A stretch of 32,000 bases of DNA from an uncultured bacterium (GTDB lineage: Bacteria; GCA-001730085), in NCBI GenBank assembly GCA_964565945.1, contig CAZMGY010000026.1, positions 32,654 through 64,653 of the forward strand. The letters are read 5' to 3'. Of the stretch, positions 1 to 7,880 are shown piece after piece; the first letter of the stretch is position 1, and each line of letters begins with the position of its first letter. A model generated the notes under the pieces. The model did no database searches. It saw only the letters and a program-made list of their open reading frames with translations, and was not told where the DNA came from. The position numbers were made by a program, and so were the translations under genes.

Positions 1-1412
1 ATAAGCGTGTTCATCAAGATGAGCAAGAGTTGTCCCGTTATCAATTAGAAAATCAACATCTATCGGATCAAGTTGGACAAATGCATGGCGAGTTAGGTAA
101 ACTTTCTGTTGAAGAAGAGACCTTACTCAAGGATATTGAGCAGTTTAAACAGGTTAATCGAGATTTGGATGAACAGGTTAGACAGTTGCAACAAGAGCAA
201 CAGTATTTTGAAGAGTGCGTTCAATTGAATCAGGCAGCTAAAGAAAAAACTGAAGTAACTATGACGGAGCATAAGGTATCGTTAGCAACGCTGGAGGAGA
301 AAGTAGTTGCGCTGCAGCGCCATTCGAAACAGTTGGCAGACCGTAGCGAAGATGAATTTCGACGTAAGCAAAATAACACAAAAGCTCTGGATAATTTTGA
401 AGCCAAAAGAGAGCAACTTGCCCAAGATATTTTAAGCCATCAAGATCAAGTCGTTCAGGCACGTTTTGATCTTGATCAATGGCAAGGAGCTATCCGAGCT
501 TTTCAAGAAAAAAGGCGTCATATTTACCAGGACTTACAGGATCAAGAAAAGCATATGCAAGAGTATCGCAATCAATTGATGGATTTGCAAAAATTTATTA
601 AGGAACAAGAGGTTCAAAAATACGAAATCAAACTTAAATTGGATGCGATCAAAGAACGTGTTTTTGAGAATTATCAGCTCGAATGGAGTCAGGTGCTTCA
701 TTTTGATGTGGGTGAATTTGAGACTGAACTGGATAAAGACGAACGTTTGCAGTTTTTGAAAAACAAAATTAGCAGAATTGGCTCTGTCAATACTGAGGCG
801 ATTGCTGAATTTGATATACTTAAAGAACGTCATGGATTTTTATCACAACAAATAACCGACTTATTGGAAGCTAAAGAAGCTTTGCTTAAGGTGATTGCCC
901 AAGTGAACAAGGAATCTCGTAAGCGTTTTAGGGAAGCTTTTGACCAGATTAATCAGCACTTCAAAGAATTGTTCAAAATTTTGTTTGGTGGAGGCCATGC
1001 GGAGTTGCATTTGCTAAATGAAAATGATGTGTTGGAATCAGGGATTGAGGTGGTTGTTTCGCCACCAGGTAAAAAAATGCAATCAATTACGCTTATGTCT
1101 GGAGGGGAGCGAGCAATGACCGGAATCGCCTTGTTGTTTGCCATGTTTCGGGTGAATCCAAGTCCTTTTTGTGTTCTGGATGAAATTGATGCACCCTTAG
1201 ATGAAAGCAATGTGGATCGCTTTATTGACATTATGAATTCCTTTAAAGAGAAAACACAGTTTATTGTGATTACTCACAATAAAAAAACTATGGCTAAGGC
1301 CGATGTTATTTACGGGGTTACCATGCAGAAACCTGGGGTTTCAAAGTCGATTGCAATCAAGATGGTAGATTTTGCTAAACATGAACATGAACATGAATTG
1401 GTGACTGCCTAG
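1..1412 (+). CDS. smc: Chromosome segregation ATPase SMC, C-terminal part (5' end lies outside the window)
   Basis: The frame is open from base 3, with no stop upstream of the listed TTG at 30, so the gene enters from the left edge. A long coiled-coil-like sequence is followed by the ABC signature LMSGGERAMTGIALLFA, Walker B FCVLDEIDAPLD and the downstream block FIVITHNKKTM. The stop is TAG at 1410-1412. Confidence 0.9.
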   Translation, partial: KRVHQDEQELSRYQLENQHLSDQVGQMHGELGKLSVEEETLLKDIEQFKQVNRDLDEQVRQLQQEQQYFEECVQLNQAAKEKTEVTMTEHKVSLATLEEKVVALQRHSKQLADRSEDEFRRKQNNTKALDNFEAKREQLAQDILSHQDQVVQARFDLDQWQGAIRAFQEKRRHIYQDLQDQEKHMQEYRNQLMDLQKFIKEQEVQKYEIKLKLDAIKERVFENYQLEWSQVLHFDVGEFETELDKDERLQFLKNKISRIGSVNTEAIAEFDILKERHGFLSQQITDLLEAKEALLKVIAQVNKESRKRFREAFDQINQHFKELFKILFGGGHAELHLLNENDVLESGIEVVVSPPGKKMQSITLMSGGERAMTGIALLFAMFRVNPSPFCVLDEIDAPLDESNVDRFIDIMNSFKEKTQFIVITHNKKTMAKADVIYGVTMQKPGVSKSIAIKMVDFAKHEHEHELVTA

Positions 1413-1415
1413 CTT

Positions 1416-4400
1416 ATGAAAATTATACATGCCTTATGGATACCTGACGACACTTCTGGAAAGCTACATTTTTGGGCTGAAAACACCGACCTTATTTCTT
1501 ATGATCAACCCGCATCTGGATCGTTGCATCCCTATTGTTTGCCTCAGCTTGAGATTTTGGATGTTTTTCAGCGTTTGACTGGAGCGAAAGAGCATTGGGG
1601 ATTCAAAACAGTGTCTTTGAATTTGCCGACCAATCAATGGGGGCCCTTGCCTTCGGAGGAGTGCTTCGAAAATGAGAATGCAACTAAGGATGATCGTCTT
1701 TATATTAAAGAGTGGACCGTACGGACGGTGGCTATGGGGTCAAACCTTTTGTGGCGTTATTTGTTCAAAATCACCGAAATGGCTCAAGTTAACATCAAAT
1801 GGTCCGACTCGGTGGTTTATTGGAAGCATGTGCTTGAGTTTGCCCTCGAGCTTTTGTCGAGAGAATGTTTTTTGCCAGGAGCAGAACAAAAATCTTACAA
1901 AAGCAACGAAGTGCTTGCAACCTGGTCTCCGTATTTGAGCTATGAAGATCATCGTCGTATGTTATTTTTGGTTGAAGCGATGCCGATAGCGTTGCTGGCT
2001 AGTTGTGATTTATTATCTCTGAATCATACGCCACAAAGTTTGCTGTGGCATGCTCTTAAGGAAGTGTTGGACGCATTTATTCGCAATCAGTTGAATGACG
2101 ACAGCCCTTACATTTATCGGATTAATGCTTCTAAAAAAGTGTCACACTTGCATGAACAATGGTTGAAAGCTTTATTTGCCCAGAAAAAAGAAGTTCGTGG
2201 TGAGTGCAAAAAAATTGATACATTTGTGAGCGAAATAAACACTTGGACCGATTTGCTTCAAATCGACTACTCGGCGTTTTTTCGCGTTTGTTTTCGCTTG
2301 GTTCCACCAGAGTCAGACGATCCCAATGAAGTTTGGGTTTTGACTTATTACTTGCAATCAAATCATGACTTGAGTGTGATGATTTCATCGAAAAAACTGC
2401 ATCAGTGTGGCAAGGATATTGAAGAGGATTACGGCATTGATCAACATAGTATTTTTGAACTGGTTGAAAAAAACTTAAATAAAGCCTCGCGATATTATGA
2501 GCCTTTACAAAATTTGTTGGAAGGCTCATCGGATCCTTTGATTGAATTAAGTAGTGCTGAAGCATTTAAGTTTTTAAGAGAGACGGTACCTTTATTAGAA
2601 GCTAGTGGCTTTGGCCTCATGTTGCCTTCTTGGTGGAAAAAGCCACTCAAAAAACTTGGAGTTTCCTTGCGAGTCTCTCAGGTTGGTTTGGAAGGCAAAG
2701 TTCAAAAGTACATGGGGATAGATACAATCGTTGAATACGATTGGAAGATAGCTGTTGGTGATGAAATTTTGACCGAAGAAGAATTTAAGCGTTTGGTTGA
2801 GATGAAGCAATCTCTCGTTCAGGTTAGAGGGGAGTGGATTGTTTTAAAAGTTGAAGAGATTGAAAAAGCGATCGCTTTTTTCAAAAAACGTGCCAATTCT
2901 TTGCATATGACTTTAAGGGAAATGATGTGTTTGAGCATGGATGAGCAATCGATGGATATTGGTTTGCCTGTGATTGGGATTGACTATGAAAAAGCTAATG
3001 ATACCTTGTTTTCAGCTGTGATGGAGCCCGAGTCTATTCAGAAACTAGAAACCCCTGAGGGATTTTGTGGCGTTTTGAGACCTTACCAAAAAACGGGTTT
3101 GTCTTGGTTAATCTTTTTGCAAAAAATTGGGCTTGGTGGTTGTTTGGCCGATGATATGGGTTTGGGAAAAACAATTCAGTTGATTGCTCTGTTTCTTAAA
3201 GAGCAAGAGATGGGGTTCGATATTTGTGGTCCAACTTTGATTCTTTGTCCGATGTCGATCATGAGTAATTGGAAAAATGAACTTAAGAAATTTGCACCGC
3301 ATTTGAAAGTGATGATTCATCATGGTGTCAATCGACTTGATAAGGAAGAATTTATTGATGCAGTGAATACTTGCCATGTGGTTATCACGACTTATGCGTT
3401 AGCCTCACCTGAGTTGGATAAGTTGAGCCGAGTGAAGTGGCATAGAATCGTTTTGGACGAAGCTCAGAACATCAAAAATAATCATACCAAGCAGACCCAG
3501 GCGATCAAAAAATTGAATACTCCTCACAAAATAGCGGTGACAGGTACTCCTTTAGAAAATCGTCTTTTGGAACTGTGGTCGATTATGGACTTTTTGAACC
3601 CCAACTATTTGGGGAGTTCTAAGGCCTTTCGCCAAAATTATGCGATTCCTATTGAACGATTCAATGACACAAACACTTCGCAGCGCTTGAAAAAGATGAT
3701 TCGTCCGCTTGTGTTGCGTCGCGTCAAAACTGATAAAAATGTGATTAAAGACTTGCCAGAAAAAATTGAAACAAAGGAATTTTGTTATTTAACCAAGGAG
3801 CAGGTAGCCTTGTATGAATCAGTGGTGCAACGCATGTTGCACACCATTGATAGTTATGCTGGTATTCAACGACGAGGAGTGATTTTATCCGTCTTGATTC
3901 AATTGAAGCAAATTTGCAATCATCCAGTGCAGTATCTTAAGGATAAATCGTCGTTAACTGGACGCTCTGGTAAATTGACGCGTCTTTACGAACTGTTAGA
4001 AGAAGTGATTGCTGAAGGGGATAAAGCGCTTATTTTTACACAATTTAGTCAAATGGGGCATTTGCTTAAGCATGACTTGCAAGAGGTTCTTAAGCAAGAA
4101 GTTCTTTTTTTGCATGGTATAACCACTAAAACGCAACGCGATGAAATGATTGAAGAGTTTCAGTCTGATGATTCTAAGGCTAAGGTGTTTGTTCTTTCGC
4201 TTAAAGCGGGTGGTCTTGGGCTTAATTTAACGTCGGCGAATCACGTGTTCCACTTTGACCGTTGGTGGAATCCTGCAATTGAAAATCAAGCCACTGATCG
4301 TGCTTTTCGGATTGGTCAAAAGAAAACTGTTCATGTGCATAAGTTTTTGTGCCAGGGAACCGTTGAGGAACGTATCGATGATATGATTGATCGTAAGCGT

Positions 4401-4508
4401 GAACTTACCGATCTTGTGGTCGAACAGGGCGAGAATTGGATCACCGAGTTATCGACGGATGATCTTAAGGAATTATTCCAACTCAAATTAGAGGACGTTG
4501 AAGTATGA
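1416..4508 (+). CDS. SNF2-family DNA/RNA helicase with N-terminal bacterial SNF2-associated (DUF3670-like) region
   Basis: This 1030-aa ORF has its ATG 3 nt after the smc stop. Helicase motifs present are LADDMGLGKT (3144-3173), DEAQNIKN (3456-3479), TGTPLENR, the helicase-C block LSLKAGGLGLNLTSANHVFHFDRWWNP, and QATDRAFRIGQ. The N-terminal half contains WKIAVGDEILTEEEFKRLVEMKQSLVQVRGEWIVL, which matches my recollection of the DUF3670/SNF2-associated domain. Confidence 0.9.
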   Translation: MKIIHALWIPDDTSGKLHFWAENTDLISYDQPASGSLHPYCLPQLEILDVFQRLTGAKEHWGFKTVSLNLPTNQWGPLPSEECFENENATKDDRLYIKEWTVRTVAMGSNLLWRYLFKITEMAQVNIKWSDSVVYWKHVLEFALELLSRECFLPGAEQKSYKSNEVLATWSPYLSYEDHRRMLFLVEAMPIALLASCDLLSLNHTPQSLLWHALKEVLDAFIRNQLNDDSPYIYRINASKKVSHLHEQWLKALFAQKKEVRGECKKIDTFVSEINTWTDLLQIDYSAFFRVCFRLVPPESDDPNEVWVLTYYLQSNHDLSVMISSKKLHQCGKDIEEDYGIDQHSIFELVEKNLNKASRYYEPLQNLLEGSSDPLIELSSAEAFKFLRETVPLLEASGFGLMLPSWWKKPLKKLGVSLRVSQVGLEGKVQKYMGIDTIVEYDWKIAVGDEILTEEEFKRLVEMKQSLVQVRGEWIVLKVEEIEKAIAFFKKRANSLHMTLREMMCLSMDEQSMDIGLPVIGIDYEKANDTLFSAVMEPESIQKLETPEGFCGVLRPYQKTGLSWLIFLQKIGLGGCLADDMGLGKTIQLIALFLKEQEMGFDICGPTLILCPMSIMSNWKNELKKFAPHLKVMIHHGVNRLDKEEFIDAVNTCHVVITTYALASPELDKLSRVKWHRIVLDEAQNIKNNHTKQTQAIKKLNTPHKIAVTGTPLENRLLELWSIMDFLNPNYLGSSKAFRQNYAIPIERFNDTNTSQRLKKMIRPLVLRRVKTDKNVIKDLPEKIETKEFCYLTKEQVALYESVVQRMLHTIDSYAGIQRRGVILSVLIQLKQICNHPVQYLKDKSSLTGRSGKLTRLYELLEEVIAEGDKALIFTQFSQMGHLLKHDLQEVLKQEVLFLHGITTKTQRDEMIEEFQSDDSKAKVFVLSLKAGGLGLNLTSANHVFHFDRWWNPAIENQATDRAFRIGQKKTVHVHKFLCQGTVEERIDDMIDRKRELTDLVVEQGENWITELSTDDLKELFQLKLEDVEV

Positions 4509-4723
4509 TTGACTTAGAAGAACACATTCATCAATTTTGGAAATTACGCTCCTCTTTGCAAGCGATCCAAATTAAACCTCGTAAGCCAGAAGCCCCCTCA
4601 GCATTAATTCAGGTTCTTAAAGATGCGCCCTACCGCATTGGTAAACGCAATATTTCACAGCACCTTGAGGAAGCTTATTTTAAGGTGAGTGAAGCTGCGA
4701 TTAAAAAATCATTATCCGATTAA
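4505..4723 (+). CDS. Hypothetical 72-aa protein, translationally coupled to the SNF2 helicase gene
   Basis: The ATG at 4505 overlaps the helicase TGA (ATGA, 4505-4508). GAGGA at 4491-4495 lies 9 nt upstream. I see no recognisable motif. Support is positional only. Confidence 0.45.
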   Translation: MIDLEEHIHQFWKLRSSLQAIQIKPRKPEAPSALIQVLKDAPYRIGKRNISQHLEEAYFKVSEAAIKKSLSD

Positions 4724-4743
4724 ACGTATTAAAGGAAAGATCT

Positions 4744-5223
4744 ATGAGCATGTGTCATTGTGGTTCGGATGTAAGTTTCAACCAATGTTGTCGTCCTATT
4801 TTAAACGGTGAAAGTAAGGTTGCAACAGCAGAAGCTCTTATGCGTGCTCGTTACAGTGCTTTTGTTGAGCAAAACTTTGATTTTTTAAAAGAAACCTTAG
4901 ACCCAACAACCCGTGAGGGCTACGATGAAGAGAATGTGCGTCAATGGGCAACATCTTCAGAGTGGCACGGTTTGACTATTGTTCGTACCGAAGCTGGGTT
5001 GGAGGACGATTGCGAAGGTCTTGTTGAGTTTGTGGCGCATTATGCGATCAATGGTGAGCTTAAAGAGCATCGTGAAGCAGCTAAGTTTGTTAAGAGAGAA
5101 GGCTTGTGGTACTTTTGGGAGGGCGAATGGGTTAAGCAAGAGCCTGTCCGAGTGGTTAAAATTGGTCGCAATGATCCTTGTTCTTGTGGCAGTGGAAAAA
5201 AATACAAAAAGTGTTGCGCTTAG
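4744..5223 (+). CDS. ychJ: YchJ-family (UPF0225) protein with SEC-C metal-binding motifs at both termini
   Basis: The N-terminal [13 protein letters not shown] and C-terminal [13 protein letters not shown] are SecA-C-terminal-type (SEC-C) motifs flanking a ~120-aa core. The 159-aa length is typical of YchJ. AAGGAAAG lies upstream of the ATG. Confidence 0.8.
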   Translation: MSMCHCGSDVSFNQCCRPILNGESKVATAEALMRARYSAFVEQNFDFLKETLDPTTREGYDEENVRQWATSSEWHGLTIVRTEAGLEDDCEGLVEFVAHYAINGELKEHREAAKFVKREGLWYFWEGEWVKQEPVRVVKIGRNDPCSCGSGKKYKKCCA

Positions 5224-5249
5224 TTTGTTGATGAAAATGGAGAGGTGCT

Positions 5250-7799
5250 TTGAAAAATATAGAGGTTTTTGGAGCCAAAGAACATAATCTTAAAAATGTC
5301 GATGTGGTGTTTGAGCGTCATAAGTTGGTTGTGGTCACTGGGTTGAGCGGTTCAGGTAAATCTTCTTTAGTGATGGATACGGTCTATGCCGAGGGGCAAA
5401 GACGCTATGTCGAATCGTTGTCGGCTTATGCACGTCAGTTTTTGGGTTTGATGGAAAAACCCGACGTTGAGCGTATTGAAGGTTTGTCACCAGCCATTGC
5501 GATTTCTCAAAAGTCGACCAGTAAAAATCCGCGTTCAACGGTGGGAACGATCACCGAAATTTATGATTATATGCGCTTGCTTTATGCCAGGGTTGGTCAG
5601 CCGTATTGTCCAACCTGTGCCTTGCCGATCAGTAAGCAATCCGTTAGTAATATCATTCAGAAGATTTATGCATGCTGTGAAGGGCAGAAAGCCCTTATCT
5701 TGGCTTCGATCATTCGTGGAGTGAAAGGCGAGCATAAAGAAGTCTTTAAAAAGTTGCGTAAGGACGGTTATTTGCGCGTTCGTGTCGATGGTGAGGTGTG
5801 TTTACTGAAAGACGAAATTGTTTGTGAACGCTACAAAATTCATCATATTGAGGCAGTAGTGGATCGCCTTAAGGTGTCGTCCAAAGACCATGAACGCTTG
5901 GCGGATTCGGTTGAAACGGCGACTCGTTTAGGCAAAGGTTTAGTGATTGTTCAGGATGAACATAAGGATCATTTGTATTCGGAGAATTTTGCTTGCTTGA
6001 ACTGTGGATTTAGCTTTAAAGAAATTTCACCACGCTTGTTTTCATTCAATAGTCCTTACGGCGCTTGCCCCGATTGTGACGGTTTAGGAAGGCGATCCAG
6101 CTCCAAAAGTCAGTATTACTTGATGAGACGTTATCAAAAAACTCAATCCGAGTCCGTCAAAGAAAAAATTGAGCAAGAGATGTCGGTCCTGATCTGTAAA
6201 ACCTGTGATGGGCAGCGACTTAATCCTGGAGCTTTGAGTGTTAAACTGAAGGATCACGACATTGTTCGATTGAGTTCTTTGTCGATTGATAAAATTAATC
6301 AGTTTTTTCAAAAGCTCAAGTTAAAAAAACAAGATCAAAAAATTGCAGGTAAGATCCTTAAGGAAATTCAAGCGCGTCTGTCGTTTTTAATCAATGTTGG
6401 TTTGACGTATTTGAGTTTAAATCGTTCGTCGGCAACTTTGTCGGGGGGTGAATCTCAAAGGATTCGATTGGCGACTCAAATTGGCTCTGGTTTAGTGGAC
6501 GTGTTGTATGTTTTGGATGAACCTAGCATCGGTTTGCATCAGTGTGACAATGACCGTCTGCTCAAAACACTAGAGAATTTGAGAGATAGTGGCAATACTT
6601 TGATTGTGATTGAGCACGATGAAGACACCATGTCACGTGCCGATCAAATTGTTGATGTGGGCCCGGGTGCTGGTGTGCATGGAGGTGAAGTTGTTTTTTC
6701 GGGAAGCTACGATCAGATTTTGAAAGATAAGCAGTCGGTGACAGGTCAGTATCTGAGCGGACGCAAGAAGATTGCTATTCCTGAGCAACGTCGACAAGGG
6801 CATGGAACGTTTTTAACGATTCAAGGGGCGGCACATAATAACCTTAAAAATATCGATGTTGAGATACCTCTGGGTTGTTTTGTTTGTGTGACTGGTGTGT
6901 CGGGATCGGGTAAAAGCACCTTAGTGAACGAAATTATTCATAAGGGTTTGGCTCAAAAGCTTTATAAATCTAAGGATAAGCCAGGGCTCTTTTCTGCGTT
7001 TAAAGGGATCGAGAACATTGATAAAGTGATTGTGATTGATCAATCTCCGATTGGCCGCACGCCACGTTCGAATCCTTCGACGTACATTGGACTGTTCTCT
7101 CATATTCGTGATTTGTTTGCTCAGATACCCGAATCGGCAGCGCGTGGCTATGGGCCAGGACGTTTCTCTTTTAATGTTAAGGGAGGACGTTGCGAAACAT
7201 GTGAAGGAGCTGGTCAGATTAAAATCGAAATGCACTTTATGCCCGATGTTTATGTGATGTGTGATGAGTGCAAAGGTAAACGTTTTAACAAAGAAACTCT
7301 CGAAGTGATGTTTAAAGGGAAATCGATTTCGGATGTGTTGGATATGACTGCCGAAGAAGGGATGTCTTTTTTTCAAAATATACCGGTGATTCATAAGAAG
7401 CTGGAGACTCTGGATAGTGTGGGGTTAGGCTATATTGGGCTAGGGCAATCTGCTACCACTTTTTCGGGTGGGGAGGCACAACGCATCAAGTTGTCACGTG
7501 AATTAAGCAAGCGTGGCACGGGCAAAACCCTTTACATTTTGGACGAGCCAACAACTGGTTTGCACTTTGCCGATATCGAACGTTTGTTGCATGTATTGGA
7601 AAGGATAGCTGACAAGGGCAACACTGTTTTGGTAATTGAACACAATTTGGATGTGATTAAGGTGGCCGATCATATCATCGATCTTGGTCCTGAGGGTGGT
7701 GATGGTGGAGGACAATTGGTCGCTCAGGGTACACCAGAGCAAGTAGCCCAAACTAAAGGTTCTTACACGGGTTCTTTTTTGAAAAAGCATTTGGCGTAA
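5250..7799 (+). CDS. uvrA: Excinuclease ABC subunit A (UvrA), short 849-aa form
   Basis: The start is TTG, preceded by GGAGAGG (5239-5245). The N-terminus [18 protein letters not shown] aligns with E. coli MDKIEVRGARTHNLKN. There are two Walker A motifs ([18 protein letters not shown]) and two ABC signatures ([24 protein letters not shown]). Zinc-module cysteine pairs are CPTC, CLNC..CPDC, CKTC and CETC..CDEC. See the findings for the missing segment. Confidence 0.93.
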   Translation: MKNIEVFGAKEHNLKNVDVVFERHKLVVVTGLSGSGKSSLVMDTVYAEGQRRYVESLSAYARQFLGLMEKPDVERIEGLSPAIAISQKSTSKNPRSTVGTITEIYDYMRLLYARVGQPYCPTCALPISKQSVSNIIQKIYACCEGQKALILASIIRGVKGEHKEVFKKLRKDGYLRVRVDGEVCLLKDEIVCERYKIHHIEAVVDRLKVSSKDHERLADSVETATRLGKGLVIVQDEHKDHLYSENFACLNCGFSFKEISPRLFSFNSPYGACPDCDGLGRRSSSKSQYYLMRRYQKTQSESVKEKIEQEMSVLICKTCDGQRLNPGALSVKLKDHDIVRLSSLSIDKINQFFQKLKLKKQDQKIAGKILKEIQARLSFLINVGLTYLSLNRSSATLSGGESQRIRLATQIGSGLVDVLYVLDEPSIGLHQCDNDRLLKTLENLRDSGNTLIVIEHDEDTMSRADQIVDVGPGAGVHGGEVVFSGSYDQILKDKQSVTGQYLSGRKKIAIPEQRRQGHGTFLTIQGAAHNNLKNIDVEIPLGCFVCVTGVSGSGKSTLVNEIIHKGLAQKLYKSKDKPGLFSAFKGIENIDKVIVIDQSPIGRTPRSNPSTYIGLFSHIRDLFAQIPESAARGYGPGRFSFNVKGGRCETCEGAGQIKIEMHFMPDVYVMCDECKGKRFNKETLEVMFKGKSISDVLDMTAEEGMSFFQNIPVIHKKLETLDSVGLGYIGLGQSATTFSGGEAQRIKLSRELSKRGTGKTLYILDEPTTGLHFADIERLLHVLERIADKGNTVLVIEHNLDVIKVADHIIDLGPEGGDGGGQLVAQGTPEQVAQTKGSYTGSFLKKHLA

Positions 7800-7832
7800 G
7801 TTTATCTCGTCTGTAATTAAGCTATGCTTTAA

Positions 7833-7879
7833 TATAATTAATTTGATACAACTTTATGTAAGTCATGTTAAAATGACTT
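7833..7879 (+). promoter_or_regulatory. AT-rich candidate promoter region for the 789-aa ORF, with a 7-bp-arm palindrome overlapping an extended -10
   Basis: There is a consensus TATAAT at 7833-7838, but no good -35. An extended -10-like TGTTAAAAT lies at 7866-7874. A perfect inverted repeat, aagtcat (7860-7866) / atgactt (7873-7879), has a 6-nt loop and ends 2 nt before the GTG at 7881. Confidence 0.35.
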
Positions 7880-7880
7880 C

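Noticed and set aside
1381-1398. A hexanucleotide repeat (atgaac atgaac atgaat) encodes the HEHEHE tail of SMC.
   Set aside because: There are only three units, the last of them imperfect, at a non-conserved C-terminal tail. It is too short to support any claim beyond minor low complexity.
7487-7506. A CACGTG-centred sequence (gttgtCACGTGaatta) resembles a parS site near smc and uvrA.
   Set aside because: Only about 11 of 16 positions match the TGTTTCACGTGAAACA consensus, and the flanking arms are not palindromic. It lies inside the uvrA coding sequence.
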